Source of the DNA: an uncultured Spirochaetota bacterium
GTDB lineage: Bacteria > Spirochaetota > Spirochaetia > SZUA-6 > Fen-1364
Assembly (NCBI GenBank): GCA_963820525.1
Contig: CAWGAA010000001.1
Span: 1,280,001-1,344,000 of the forward strand
DNA length: 64,000 nucleotides
Direction: 5' to 3'
Position numbers and translations under genes: made by a program
The notes under the pieces: model-generated
What the model was told of the DNA's origin: nothing
Databases searched by the model: none
What the model saw: only the letters and a program-made list of their open reading frames with translations
Shown here: positions 40,059-51,227 of the stretch, piece by piece
How the letters are laid out: each line of letters starts with the position of its first letter
Numbering within the stretch: position 1 is the first letter of the stretch

Positions 40059-41242
40059 AGCTGAAAGTCACGCCCGAAGACTTCCGCGTGGAGGAGGTGG
40101 CGGACATCTCCCTCTCGCGGAAGCCCGGCCCCTACTGCGTCTATCGCCTCACAAAAAGCTCGTGGGACACATTCGACCTGGTGAGCCTCCTGGCGCGCAA
40201 GATGCGCGTCCCCCGTGACGCCGTCTCGGTGGGGGGGATGAAGGACAGGTACGGAAAAACCACCCAGCTCATCTCCGTGCGCTCCCTCAAGAGTCCGCCT
40301 CGGGAAGTGGCGGACGCCAACTTCCGCGCGGAGCTTGCCGGCTTCTCCAGCCGGCCTCTCTCGGCGCGCGCGGTGAAGGGCAACAGGTTCTCACTCGTGC
40401 TTCGGGACATGCGGGAGGCGGAGGTCGCGGCGGCCCGGAAGAACCTGGCCTCCGTGCGGGCCTGCGGAATTCCCAACTATTACGACGAGCAGCGTTTCGG
40501 CTCCGCCCGGCATGGAGGCGGGTTCATGGGCAAGAGCATCTTCCTCGGCAGGCGGGAGGAAGCCCTGAAGCTGTACTTCCTCCCCTCCAAGCACGACGAC
40601 CAGAAGACGCGAAAGCTCAAGAAGAAGGTGACCGAGTTCTGGGGGCGGTGGAGCGAGTGCCTCGATCTGGGCTTCGGAGAATACTCGCGGGTTCTCTCCT
40701 ACCTGGCCGCGCACCCCCGGGCATACCACAAGGCCCTCGCCATCATCGACAAGCGCTTCCTCGTGTTCATCCTCAATGCCTACCAGTCCTTTCTCTTCAA
40801 CTGCATCTTGGGGAGGTACATCGAGGGGCTGGCCGCGGACCGCGGCTTTTCCGTGCGCTCGATCGCCTACGCCCACGGCAGCTATGTCTTCCCCGAGTCC
40901 CTGCCCGAGGGAATGCTGGAGGAGCTCACCGGCACGCTCCTGCCGGTGCCGGGATACGACAGCCTCATGCCCGATCCCGCGGTAAGGGAAATCGTGCGCG
41001 AGGTGCTTGCGTCGGAGGAAATTCGCCTGGAGGATCTGCGGGTGAAGCAGATGCGGGCGGTGAGCGCCCATGGAGTGGAGCGCGCCGCGTTCGTCGCCGT
41101 TGAAGATCTGGCCGAGCCGCTCGTGTCGGACGACGAGCTGTACCCGGGAAAGAAGAAAATGGCCATCTCGTTCTTCCTTCCCCGAGGAAGCTACGCGACC
41201 ATCCTGGTCAAGAGGATTCAAGCTCCCCCGGCAGGCCCGTGA
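40055..41242 (+). CDS. truD: tRNA pseudouridine(13) synthase
   Basis: PEDFRVEE, GMKD, GNRF, PNYYDEQRFG, F.LPRGSYAT. Confidence 0.93.
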   Translation: MKLKVTPEDFRVEEVADISLSRKPGPYCVYRLTKSSWDTFDLVSLLARKMRVPRDAVSVGGMKDRYGKTTQLISVRSLKSPPREVADANFRAELAGFSSRPLSARAVKGNRFSLVLRDMREAEVAAARKNLASVRACGIPNYYDEQRFGSARHGGGFMGKSIFLGRREEALKLYFLPSKHDDQKTRKLKKKVTEFWGRWSECLDLGFGEYSRVLSYLAAHPRAYHKALAIIDKRFLVFILNAYQSFLFNCILGRYIEGLAADRGFSVRSIAYAHGSYVFPESLPEGMLEELTGTLLPVPGYDSLMPDPAVREIVREVLASEEIRLEDLRVKQMRAVSAHGVERAAFVAVEDLAEPLVSDDELYPGKKKMAISFFLPRGSYATILVKRIQAPPAGP

Positions 41243-42065
41243 CATTTCCGCATTTTGCCCTGGCGAAGTTCGCGGCCTTCTCCAGCCCTGTCTGGCCATC
41301 CACCCTCTTGTGCCTGCACAGGGCCCAGAAGATCCTCTCCGCCGAGCCTTCGCCGTACACCTTTTCCAGAAGCGCGACGTTCTGCAGAAGGTTCTGGATG
41401 AGGATCTCGTTCTCTCCCGCCCCTTCGATGAAGCTCCGCATCACCTCCGCGGTTCCCTTGAACAGAGATTCGCAGCGCACCATGAAGCGGAAGATGAGCT
41501 CCTCCGTCTCGGCGTTCACCTTCATGCTGATATCGGACAGGGCGTGCAGCCTCTCCAGCTCGCTCGTCTCCTCCGGGTTGAAGGTGTAGCCGGCGCGCTT
41601 GGCCAGCCTTTCGATGCGGGCGATCTGCCCCTGCTCCTTCTTGAACTCCGGGGCATACCTTTCCAGCTGGTAGAGGGATTCTCCCAGGATGAGAAGCAGG
41701 TGGTAGCCCGTGGCGATGTAGGAGTCGATTGCGCGCTCCTCGATGCTCGCCTTCAGCTCATTGATCATGCGCCGGGAGCCCTTGTCCGCCGCGCCCGGCT
41801 CCGCGCGCTTGCCGGTCCGCGGGCCTGCGCGGAACAGGTGATGGGCCTTCTCCTTCATGTCGAAGGCAAGGCTCTGGACGAGCTCCCATACCGAGGTGTA
41901 CAGGCCGCTCTCGGCGAGACAGTCGTCCCGCATCGCCTTCTGGAACTCCTCGCGGATGGCATGAAACGATTCGTAGGCCTTGAGGAACTTCACCGCAAGG
42001 AACGCGAGGTGCTCTTTCCGGCGCCGTGATTCGAATTGCGTGAGGACCGACGGATTTTTCGCCAT
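41208..42065 (-). CDS. Hypothetical protein (285 aa, predicted helical)
   Basis: Long ORF with AGGAG RBS and backbone-like codon usage. No family recognised. Confidence 0.75.
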   Translation of the reverse strand: MAKNPSVLTQFESRRRKEHLAFLAVKFLKAYESFHAIREEFQKAMRDDCLAESGLYTSVWELVQSLAFDMKEKAHHLFRAGPRTGKRAEPGAADKGSRRMINELKASIEERAIDSYIATGYHLLLILGESLYQLERYAPEFKKEQGQIARIERLAKRAGYTFNPEETSELERLHALSDISMKVNAETEELIFRFMVRCESLFKGTAEVMRSFIEGAGENEILIQNLLQNVALLEKVYGEGSAERIFWALCRHKRVDGQTGLEKAANFARAKCGNVTGLPGELESS

Positions 42066-42142
42066 CCGAGACTCCTATCTTCGATCATAACCGGCGGGCC
42101 TCGTCCTTGACAAGAACCGAAGCTTCTGGTCGAGTAGATTGG

Positions 42143-43248
42143 ATGCTGCAGACTCCCCCGGGAGAGCAATACCTTCGCATCGCCACGCGGCTCCTGCTGG
42201 TGATTGTGATCTTCCTCACCGTGGCGGCCCTCAGGTTCGCCCAGCCCGTAATCATCGCGCTCCTTCTCACGGTGCTCCTGGTCTACGTGATGGATCCCAT
42301 CGTGAGCTTCCTCCAGAAGCGGCGCTTTCCCCTGTGGCTCGCCACTTTCATCGCGGCGCTCCTGTTCACCTCGTTCTTCCTCGGGCTCTCCCTCCTGCTC
42401 GTGAGGGCCTTGCCCATTTCGGCAAGACGTTCCCCCGGTTCCAGGATGAGATCTTCAGCCGCGCCGAAAACGCGCTCAACGACCTGGAGCGCGCCCTGGG
42501 AACGCACATCGCGGTGAACCCCTTCGAGGAGCTTCGGACGCTTCAGATCGGCCCCAGCGCCATTAGCGCCGTGAGGTCAGCAGCGCGAATCCTCTCCGAG
42601 TTCTTCCTCATCCTGTTCTTCTCCATCATCCTCCTCCTGGGAAAGCACTCGGTCACGCGCAAGATCCTCACCGTCTTTCCCCGGCGGCACAGCCTCATCC
42701 CCATCATCCTGCGCCATATCGACCGGCATCTGCGGATCTTTCTCGGGATAAAGGGACTCGCAAGCATCGCGGTGGGGCTCGGCACGGGGCTCATCCTCTT
42801 CGGTTTCCAGGTAGAGTTCGCCGTGACCTGGGGTTTCCTCACCTTCCTGTCCAACTTCGTCCCGACCCTGGGGCCCATCGCCGCGGTTTTGGCGCCCGTG
42901 CTCATCGCCATGGTTCAATATGAGGGGCTTCTTATTCCGCTTCTCATCGCTTCGTGCCTCGCCGCCCTGCACATCGGCGTGTCGAGCCTCCTGGAGCCGA
43001 AGTTCATGGGCCAGCACTTAAACCTCTCGTTTTTCGTGATCTTTCTGTCCCTCTTTTTATTCGGCTGGCTCTGGGGTCCCGCCGGAGTGCTCCTCGCCGT
43101 TCCCGTGACCACTTCCGTGAAGATAATATTAGAGAGGATTCCCTCCACCTCCCGCTTCGCGCTGCTCCTGGAGAGCGCTCGAAGGCCGCGGTGGCCGAGA
43201 AAAACTGCGGCGCAGGAAGAACAGAGGTCGGAAAGCTCAGGGCAATAA
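42143..43248 (+). CDS. AI-2E family transporter (frameshift near 42405)
   Basis: Multiple TM segments. NFVPTLGP, LEPKFMG..LNLS, WLWGPAG.LLAVP. Confidence 0.88.
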
Positions 43249-43254
43249 AACGCA

Positions 43255-43402
43255 TTGGCCGTGTCGCGCTTCTCTGGCCGTGTCGCGCTTTGCGCCGACG
43301 CGGCCGGGCCGGCGCGGCCGGGCCGCCGCAGCGTGCGGCGTTCCGGGGCGCTTCTCTGGCCGTGTCGCGCTTCGCGCCGACGCGGCCGAGCCGCCGCAGC
43401 GT
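43255..43402. repeat. REP-like GC-rich palindromic repeat cluster
   Basis: TGGCCGTGTCGCGCTT occurs three times. Two are full hairpins GGCCGTGTCG-CGCTT(T/C)GCGC-CGACGCGGCC. Confidence 0.8.
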
Positions 43403-43474
43403 TGACCAATGCTGCCGATATTTCTATACTAAACTAGCCGGTATCTATAATAGAGGAGAAAGAGGAGGCAAAAC

Positions 43475-44119
43475 ATGCTCGTGAAGGAACGGATGAGCCG
43501 AAATCCCATCACGATCAAGCCTGACATGCCGGTCACCGAAGCTCAGGCGCTCATGAAGCGCGAGAAGATCCATCACCTCCCGGTCCTGGAAAAAGGTGAG
43601 AAGCTGGTGGGAATCGTGACCGAGAAGGACCTTTTGTATGCCTCCCCCTCCCCGGCCACGACATTGAGCGTGTATGAGATGACGTCGCTTCTGGCCAAGC
43701 TCACCGTGGACAAGGTGATGACGCACAAGGTGATCACGGTGAGTGAAGAGGTTCCCATCGAGGAGGCCGCCCGGATCATGGCGGACCACGACATCGGGGG
43801 CCTGCCGGTCATGCGGGGCGCCACGGTGGTGGGGATCATCACGGAAAGCGACATGTTCCGCGTATTCATCGAGCTTTTCGGCGCCCGGCAGAAGGGCGTC
43901 CGAATGTCGATGTACATTCCGGAGCAGAAGGGAATGCTGGCCAGGATCACCAAGGTGATCGCGGACGCGGGGGGGAACATCCTCGCTCTGGGAACGTTCC
44001 TCGGTGAGGATCCGACCAACAGCCTGTGCACGATCAAGGTGGAAGGGGTTCCCATGGAGAGCCTCACGCAGGCGCTCAAGCCCCTCGTGCAGAAGTTCGA
44101 AGATATTAGGGAAGTCTGA
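43475..44119 (+). CDS. CBS + ACT domain protein (AcuB-like)
   Basis: Two CBS repeats (HHLPV..GIVTEKD; GLPV..GIITESD) and a C-terminal ACT domain. Confidence 0.9.
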   Translation: MLVKERMSRNPITIKPDMPVTEAQALMKREKIHHLPVLEKGEKLVGIVTEKDLLYASPSPATTLSVYEMTSLLAKLTVDKVMTHKVITVSEEVPIEEAARIMADHDIGGLPVMRGATVVGIITESDMFRVFIELFGARQKGVRMSMYIPEQKGMLARITKVIADAGGNILALGTFLGEDPTNSLCTIKVEGVPMESLTQALKPLVQKFEDIREV

Positions 44120-44162
44120 TAAAAGGTCGAAAGAAGAGAGGTTTATCGTGGAGTTGAAGAGA

Positions 44163-45356
44163 ATGGCCCTATCACAGCGAGGCGCCGAGGTACCCTGGTC
44201 TCCCATCCGAAAGCTCACCCCCCTGGCAGACGCCGCCCGCGCGCGGGGCATCTGGATCCATCACCTGAACATCGGCCAGCCCGACATCAAGACCCCCAAG
44301 CCGGTCATTGACGCCTACAGAAACTTCAACGCGGACGTGCTCGCCTACAGCCCATCGCTGGGGATCCCCCAGCTGCGCACGTCCATCGCCGGCTACTACA
44401 ACCGCTACGGCATCGACGTGAGCCCATCAGACGTGGCCGTCACGACGGGCGGGAGCGAGGCCATCTTCTTCGCCCTCTCGGCCCTGTGCGATCCCGGAGA
44501 CGAGATCCTCGTGCGCGAGCCGTTCTACGCGAACTATATTGCTTTCGCCGCCATGATCTCCGCCAAGGTCGTGCCCATCCCCTCCTCCATCGAGACGGGT
44601 TTCCGCCTGCCTTCCCGGGAAGAGATATCCACCTATATCACGCCGCGGACAAAAGCCATCCTCTACATCTCTCCCGAGAACCCGACCGGCATCGTGTACG
44701 ACCGCCGGGAGCTTGATACCTTCCGCGAGCTTGCGGAGCGTTTCGGGCTGTACCTGATCGCCGACGAGGTGTACCGAGAGTTCATCTACGACGACCATGT
44801 CGAGTTCACCTCGGTCCTGGATCTGAAGGGATTCGAGGATCACGCCATCCTCATCGATTCGATCTCGAAGAGATTTTCCTCCTGCGGGGCGCGCATCGGC
44901 TGCATCGTGTCCAAGAACACGGGAGTCCTGGAGCTGGTGGACAAGTTCGCCCAGGCCAGGCTCTGCGCTCCCACGGTGGGCCAGCTCGCCGCGGATGCCG
45001 CCTATCACATGGACCCCTCCTACTTCACTCCCATAAAAGAGGAGTACAAGAAGCGCAGGGACACCCTCGTGGAGAGGCTTTCCGCAATCCCGGGCACCCT
45101 GTTCCACGTGCCCGAGGGCGCCTTCTATGTCATGGCGAGGCTGCCCGTGGACGACGCCGAGGATTTCTGCCGGTTCCTCCTCGCTGATTTCTCCTGGAAG
45201 GGAAAGACCGTCATGCTCACCCCCGGTTCCGGCTTCTACTCGACCCCGGACCTGGGCAAGGACGAGGTGCGGATCGCCTACGTGCTGGAGTGCGAAAAGA
45301 TCGAGGAATCCATGGAGATGATCAAGCGCGCCCTGGAGAGGTACAAAAACCGCTAG
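44163..45356 (+). CDS. PLP-dependent aminotransferase class I/II
   Basis: LNIGQPD, PENPTG, ADEVY, SISKRFS.CGARIG. Confidence 0.93.
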   Translation: MALSQRGAEVPWSPIRKLTPLADAARARGIWIHHLNIGQPDIKTPKPVIDAYRNFNADVLAYSPSLGIPQLRTSIAGYYNRYGIDVSPSDVAVTTGGSEAIFFALSALCDPGDEILVREPFYANYIAFAAMISAKVVPIPSSIETGFRLPSREEISTYITPRTKAILYISPENPTGIVYDRRELDTFRELAERFGLYLIADEVYREFIYDDHVEFTSVLDLKGFEDHAILIDSISKRFSSCGARIGCIVSKNTGVLELVDKFAQARLCAPTVGQLAADAAYHMDPSYFTPIKEEYKKRRDTLVERLSAIPGTLFHVPEGAFYVMARLPVDDAEDFCRFLLADFSWKGKTVMLTPGSGFYSTPDLGKDEVRIAYVLECEKIEESMEMIKRALERYKNR

Positions 45357-45388
45357 GGCCCGGCCCCGCCTCCCGCTCCAGCGTCTCG

Positions 45389-47641
45389 CTAATCGCCGAA
45401 AGCATTGCCGATCCAGGAACCCTGGCCGCCCTTGCCCGTGGCCCCTCCCGGCGCGGGCGTCGGCTGTATCCTGGCAGGAATCCCATCCAGCGCGGAAAGC
45501 ACGATCCCCGGAGTCAGGATCTCCGGAAGAATCTTCGGCTGGCCCGTACCCGGGTAATACAGCACGTAAAGGGGGACCCCGCTCCTGCCGTATCCGGCCA
45601 GGGCCTGGGCGATCTCGTCGTTTCTGTCGGTCCAATCCGCTTTCAGTGTCGCCACGTCGAGCTCCTTGAGCCTGCTTTCAACGGCGGGGTTCTGGAGCGC
45701 GATACGCTCGTTCACCTTGCAGGTCAGGCACCATTGGGCGCTGAAATCGATCAGCACCGGCGAGCCCGCCAGCCGAAGCTCGGCCAGCCGCGCTGCGCTG
45801 AAAGGCTCCCATGTTGAGCCGGAAGCGGCCGTGGTCCCCTGCGGCGCTCCCGCGCCGGATAGAGCGCCCGCGGCGCCCTGCCCACCGGCCTGCGGCGTTG
45901 CGAATGCGGCATGCTGGGCCGCTCCCGCCGCGATGCGCGCCGAGACTGCCGCTCCTCCTACAACCAGGAGAAGCGCGAGCACCGAGGCGGTAATGCGCGA
46001 GCCAAGCGGCCTGTCGAGGCTTGCCCATCGGCCATAGATCCATGCCCCGAGCCCGCAGACTGCCAATCCGCCAAGAAGAAAGGTAACGGCCTGCGCCCCG
46101 GCGAGGGTCGCCAGGACGGAGCCCAGCCACACGACCGTGGCCATCATCAGGAACCCCAGCGCCTGCTTCAGGGTCTCCGTCCACTTGCCCGGCTTGGGAA
46201 CGCGGGCGAGGAGGCGGGGAGATGCGGAAAGCACAAGGGACGGGGCCGCCATTCCGAGGCCGAGGGCCGTGAACACGGAGAATGCGGCTGGCAAAGGCTC
46301 GGCAAGGGCGAAGCCGAGGGCGCTCCCCATGAAGGGCGCCGTACAGGGCGTCGCCACCACGGTAGCCAAAAACCCCGTGAAAAATGACCCGCTGAACCCT
46401 CCCCTGCCGCGGAGCCCGGCGCCGACCGAGGCGGCGCGCGTGCCCAGCTCGAATACGCCGAACATGTTCAGACCCAGGAGGAATATGAGGGCTGCCATGA
46501 CAACCACGACAGCCGGGTTCTGGAACTGGAAGCCCCACCCCAGGAGATTCCCCCCGGCCCGGAGAGCCAGCAGGACGCCGAAGAGGATCCAGAACGAGAC
46601 AAGCACTCCCGCCGTAAAGACAAGCCCATGGGCCAGCGAACGGCGCGGCGAGGAGTGCGCTTCACGGACAAAGCCCATCACCTTGAGGGAAAGCACGGGC
46701 AGCACGCAGGGCATGAGGTTGAGGATCAACCCTCCGATAAAGGCAAAAGCTATCGCGAGGAGCAGGGGGAGCGAGGCCGCGCTGCCCGCCGCGCCGCGCG
46801 CCAGCGGCACGTCCACGGAAAACGCCCGGGTTCCGTCAGCGCTTGAGACGGACAGGATACCCTGGAACCGTTGGGGAAGCTCGCTTCCCGCAGAGGCGAC
46901 GCGCGACAGCTTCATGCTGAAGCCCCCGCCGCCGGCCTCCGCGTTCTGGGGAGCGGAGGAGGCGATGATGTTCTCGGATTCGGGATAGAAGTAGGCTTGC
47001 GATCCGGCGGGAAGGGAAAGACCGGCCGAGCTGAGCGTGATTGAATCCGCGGCAACTGATGCGCTGAAACGAGCGCTTGTATCCGGGCCGGGAAGGGCGG
47101 CCCGCGCATTTTCGATTTGAGCTGACCAGCGGGGGTCCACCGGCGGCGTTCCCGCCATGACGGGAAGCTCGAGGGAGAGGTCCGCCTTCCCGGGGATGCA
47201 CTCGATCTTGCAGGCGAGAAAGCTCACCGTCGCGGCCAGGTCTGCCTTCCCTCCTGGGGCAAGCCCCGGCGGCGGGGTGATCCTTGCCAGGAGGAGCACC
47301 TCCCCATCATAACCATAGGTCATGGTGCCGGAGGAGAGGAATTTCTGCGGAAGGGGCCAGAGCAGAGGATCTGCCGCGAATCCCGGGGGGAGGCGCCAGC
47401 TCACCGTGGTTGGAAGGCCCGCATCTCCCGGATTCCGCCAATATACGTGCCACTGCGGGTCCATCTTCAGCCGCACGGCCGCCCAGAAGGGATTTCCGGC
47501 CGCAACCGCTGCGCTCTCCGATACCAGCTCGGCCTCCACGTGGACCGTGCGCACGGGAAGCGCGAAGGCGATTCCCGCGGTCAACAAGAAAAGCGGGACG
47601 AGGGCCCCAGCCGCGAACCGAGACAAGGTCATGTGTCTCAT
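45389..47641 (-). CDS. DsbD-family thiol:disulfide interchange protein
   Basis: WHVYWRNPGDAG, NLMPCVLP, ATPCTAP, WCLTCK. Confidence 0.92.
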   Translation of the reverse strand: MRHMTLSRFAAGALVPLFLLTAGIAFALPVRTVHVEAELVSESAAVAAGNPFWAAVRLKMDPQWHVYWRNPGDAGLPTTVSWRLPPGFAADPLLWPLPQKFLSSGTMTYGYDGEVLLLARITPPPGLAPGGKADLAATVSFLACKIECIPGKADLSLELPVMAGTPPVDPRWSAQIENARAALPGPDTSARFSASVAADSITLSSAGLSLPAGSQAYFYPESENIIASSAPQNAEAGGGGFSMKLSRVASAGSELPQRFQGILSVSSADGTRAFSVDVPLARGAAGSAASLPLLLAIAFAFIGGLILNLMPCVLPVLSLKVMGFVREAHSSPRRSLAHGLVFTAGVLVSFWILFGVLLALRAGGNLLGWGFQFQNPAVVVVMAALIFLLGLNMFGVFELGTRAASVGAGLRGRGGFSGSFFTGFLATVVATPCTAPFMGSALGFALAEPLPAAFSVFTALGLGMAAPSLVLSASPRLLARVPKPGKWTETLKQALGFLMMATVVWLGSVLATLAGAQAVTFLLGGLAVCGLGAWIYGRWASLDRPLGSRITASVLALLLVVGGAAVSARIAAGAAQHAAFATPQAGGQGAAGALSGAGAPQGTTAASGSTWEPFSAARLAELRLAGSPVLIDFSAQWCLTCKVNERIALQNPAVESRLKELDVATLKADWTDRNDEIAQALAGYGRSGVPLYVLYYPGTGQPKILPEILTPGIVLSALDGIPARIQPTPAPGGATGKGGQGSWIGNAFGD

Positions 47642-47651
47642 TGAGAAGAAC

Positions 47652-48758
47652 TTACAGCGACGGCTCCGTGTAGGCAAGGTTGCAGCTCTTGGCCACGCCG
47701 GGATGCACGCAGGCGCCCTTGAGGATGTTGATCCCCTTGCGGATGGCGGGATTCGCTTTCGCGGCCGCCTCGACGCCTCCCCTGGCGATCTCGAGGCCGT
47801 ATGGCAGAGTCACGCTGGTAAGGGCGATGGTGGAGGTGCGCGCCACGGCGCCCGGCATATTGGCCACGCAATAGTGCACGATCCCGTCCACGATGTAGAT
47901 GGGGTCGTCGTGGGTGGTGGGCCGGGATGTTTCAGCGCATCCGCCCTGGTCTATGGCGACGTCCACGATCACAGCGCCGGGCTGCATGAGGGCGAGATGC
48001 CTGCGCATGATCAGCTTGGGGGCCGTCTCTCCCGTCACCAGCACGGCGCCTATCACGATGTCCGATTCTCGAAGGGCCTGCTCGATGTTGGCCTCGGTGG
48101 CGTAGAGGGTCGTGAGGGAGCTTCCGAAGATGTCGTCGAGGTAGGCGAGGCGTTTGGAGCTGATGTCCAGCACCGTCACGTATCCGCCCATTCCCACCGC
48201 GATCTTGGCCGCGTTGGTCCCCACCACCCCGCCGCCCAGGATGCTCACGCGCCCCCGCTGGACTCCCGGCACCCCGCCGATGAGAATTCCCCGGCCCCCG
48301 AACTCCTTTTCCAGGTACTTTGCCCCTTCCTGGACGGCGAGCCTGCCGGCGATCTCGCTCATGGGAGTGAGGCAGGGGAGCGACCTGTCGGCCAGCTCGA
48401 TGGTCTCGTAGGCCACCGCGTCCACCTTCCGGTCCAGGAGCATCTGGGCAAGCCTCCTGTCCGCGGCAAGGTGAAGGTAGGTGAACAGGATCTGCCCGCG
48501 GCGGAAGAGCTCGTACTCATCCGGCAGGGGCTCCTTCACCTTCACGATCATGTCGGCGCGGGCGAAGATCTCCCGCTTCTCCGTCGCCACTGAGGCTCCC
48601 GCGGAAACATACTCGGCGTCTTCGTAGCCCGCTCCGAGCCCGGCTCCCTTCTCCACCAGTACGGAATGCCCTCCGCGCACGTATGCCCCAACCGAGCTGG
48701 GGGTCATTCCCACCCGGTACTCGTGGCGTTTTATCTCCTTGGGTACCCCTATGGTCAT
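47652..48758 (-). CDS. ald: Alanine dehydrogenase
   Basis: IGVPKEIK.HEYRV, KVKEP, FTYLHLA, PMSEIAGR, VAIDQGG, VANMPGAV. Confidence 0.96.
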   Translation of the reverse strand: MTIGVPKEIKRHEYRVGMTPSSVGAYVRGGHSVLVEKGAGLGAGYEDAEYVSAGASVATEKREIFARADMIVKVKEPLPDEYELFRRGQILFTYLHLAADRRLAQMLLDRKVDAVAYETIELADRSLPCLTPMSEIAGRLAVQEGAKYLEKEFGGRGILIGGVPGVQRGRVSILGGGVVGTNAAKIAVGMGGYVTVLDISSKRLAYLDDIFGSSLTTLYATEANIEQALRESDIVIGAVLVTGETAPKLIMRRHLALMQPGAVIVDVAIDQGGCAETSRPTTHDDPIYIVDGIVHYCVANMPGAVARTSTIALTSVTLPYGLEIARGGVEAAAKANPAIRKGINILKGACVHPGVAKSCNLAYTEPSL

Positions 48759-48962
48759 GATCTTGCTCCTTTGCGTGCCACCCCTCACCCGGGGGTGCGA
48801 TGTCCCAGGCCGGACCATCCGCGATCGATCATAGGAGCCCGGAATGGGAAGGTCAAGCCGAGGCGGATCGCCGGGAGCACCGCCGGCGCCGGCAGCCTAC
48901 CCCTTTTCGTGAATTTGACACCATCCGACTCGGCGCGATACCCTAGAGCAGGAGAGGGAGAT

Positions 48963-50312
48963 ATGGGTACGGCGAGCTCTCCCATCATCGTCATCGGGCA
49001 CAAGAATCCCGACACCGATTCGGTCTGTTCGGCGGTGGCCTACGCGCGCTTCAAGACCGAGGTGCTGGGAGAGGAGGCCCGTGCGTTCCGCGCCGGAAAC
49101 ATCAACCCCCAGACCCAGTTCGTCCTTTCCCGCTTTCAGGTTCCCAGCCCGCCGCTGTTGACGGACGTCTACCCCAAGATCGCCGACATCATGATCCACC
49201 GCGATGATCTGATCACCCTCACCCCCTGGGACACGGTCAGCCGCGCGAGCGAGGCCCTGACCAGGCTTCACTTCTCCTTTCTTCCCGTGGTGGACGCTGA
49301 GAACCGCTGCGTCGGCCAGATCAGCACGCTTCGAATCGCAGGCATCCTGCAGGACCTGGCGAGCCTTCGCGACGGCGAGAACCTGGCCGAGGCGGCCCGG
49401 CGGGCCATCACGGCGCCCATCCGTGAGTACGTCGAGGTGCCGCATCCCACCTTCAAACCGCATGATCAGGTGCGAAACGTTCTTCGGGAAATCGGCGGCC
49501 ATAACGAGGGGGGCTTCATGGTCCTGGACGAGGAGGGGCACCTCGTCGGGGTGATCACGAGGGTAAGCTTCCTTGCGGAGAGCCGCCTGCGCGTGATCAT
49601 GGTGGACCACAACGAGCTTTCCCAGGCGGTGGACGGTATGGAGGAGGCCGACGTGATCGAGATCATCGACCACCATCGGCTTGCCAACCGCTCTACAAGG
49701 GCGCCGGTCACCTTCATCAACAAGACGGTCGGCTCCACGGCCACGATCGTCGCGGAGCTGTACAAGAACACGGATGCCTGCCCTCCGCCCGACCAGGCGG
49801 GGCTTCTCCTCGCGGCCCTGCTGTCCGACACCGTCATCCTCAAGTCTCCCACCACGACGCCCGTGGACACCCAGATGGCATCGTGGCTTTCCGGCATCGC
49901 CAAGATGGAGATCGAGACCTTCGGGGAGGAGATGTTCGCCGCCGGCGCCGCGATCGTGGGAATGGACGCCCGCCAGATCGTCGGCCAGGACCAGAAGCTC
50001 TACCATGAGGAGGGCAAGCGCTTCAGCGTGAGCCAGATCGAGACCGTCGGATTCAGCGGAGTGCTTCGAAGGAAAGGGGAGCTGTTCGACGAGCTGGACA
50101 GGCTCGTTCGCCGCGACGAGCTCGCCCTTGCCTGCCTCATGGCCACGGACGTCACGCGGGAGACAAGCCTCTTTCTCTGCAAGGGAGACCCGCGCATCCT
50201 CTCCGCCATCACCTATAGGAAGAAAGAGGAGGGCATCTATGAAATGCAGGACGTGCTTTCCAGAAAGAAGCAGGTCCTCCCCTACCTCATCGATATCTTG
50301 AAAAAGCTGTAG
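48963..50312 (+). CDS. ppaC: Mn-dependent inorganic pyrophosphatase with CBS insert
   Basis: GHKNPDTDS, VDHNE, IDHHR, GSTATI, SRKKQV. Confidence 0.92.
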   Translation: MGTASSPIIVIGHKNPDTDSVCSAVAYARFKTEVLGEEARAFRAGNINPQTQFVLSRFQVPSPPLLTDVYPKIADIMIHRDDLITLTPWDTVSRASEALTRLHFSFLPVVDAENRCVGQISTLRIAGILQDLASLRDGENLAEAARRAITAPIREYVEVPHPTFKPHDQVRNVLREIGGHNEGGFMVLDEEGHLVGVITRVSFLAESRLRVIMVDHNELSQAVDGMEEADVIEIIDHHRLANRSTRAPVTFINKTVGSTATIVAELYKNTDACPPPDQAGLLLAALLSDTVILKSPTTTPVDTQMASWLSGIAKMEIETFGEEMFAAGAAIVGMDARQIVGQDQKLYHEEGKRFSVSQIETVGFSGVLRRKGELFDELDRLVRRDELALACLMATDVTRETSLFLCKGDPRILSAITYRKKEEGIYEMQDVLSRKKQVLPYLIDILKKL

Positions 50313-50430
50313 CGGGCCTCGGGCGGGCCCCAGCCGGGCGCAGGCGTGGCAATTGGCAGGGCCGCCGGCCCGGCGCTTGTTGCGGGCCCCGCGCGAACCG
50401 CGTGCCCGGCGCTTGTCGCACGTCCGCGCC

Positions 50431-51028
50431 TCAGAACCCCAATATTCCGCCCACCTCAGCCAGATAGCCGACAACATAGTCCGCGCTCACGCCCATCTCG
50501 GGGGTCGGGCCGCCGTTTGTCAGAAGGGCTGTGACGGCGCCCCCCCGCCTGCCGGCCTCGATGTCGAACACGAAGTCTCCGACTACCAGAAGCTCATGCG
50601 GCGAAACCCCGAGCGTCCGGGCCGCCATCTGAAGCCCGTCGGGGTGAGGCTTGGGTCTGGGAGAGTTTTCCCTGCAGAGCACGACGGTGAAATCGCTTAA
50701 GGAGATGCGCGAGAAGTTTTTCATCGCCTCTTCCACCGAGGCGCGGCAGTTGTTCGTGAGGATTCCCCGGGGAATCCCGCGGTCCCTCAGGAGAACAACG
50801 AGGTCCCTCCGCTCCGCTGTTGGGGACGGATCTGCGCGCTCCTGCAAGCTCGAACTCCTCCAGAACACGCAGTGCCTCCATACGCCTTCCCGCCGGAGCG
50901 AGCGCCTCGATGAACTCGATTATCACGGAGCCCGGCGGGCAGCCGATAAGGCCCCGGAGGGCTTTCAAGTCTATGGAGCCCGGCCTGGTGAGGGTGCCGT
51001 CGAAATCGAAGAGGACCGCCCTGATCAT
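50431..51028 (-). CDS. HAD-family hydrolase (frameshift near 50810)
   Basis: FDFDGTL, LTNN, KPHPD, VGDFVFDI, split over two frames. Confidence 0.88.
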
Positions 51029-51227
51029 CGGCCCAGTATAGCGGGAAGAAGCTCCGTTTCAAGGGCGAGGCTGAGAATGCATGCACGGCGGGATTCAAAT
51101 TGCTCGGCGCGCAGAGCCGTCAGTATACTATAGATATCTTAAGAACTGGCGCGTTTAATGGACCACCCACGCTAGCTGGGAGGGCAGGCGCGCCGCTTGA
51201 TGGACCGCGCCAGGCCCTGCCTGAAGC

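Noticed and set aside
43255..43402. Possible CRISPR array
   Set aside because: Only three irregularly spaced units, no unique spacers of constant length, and no cas genes.
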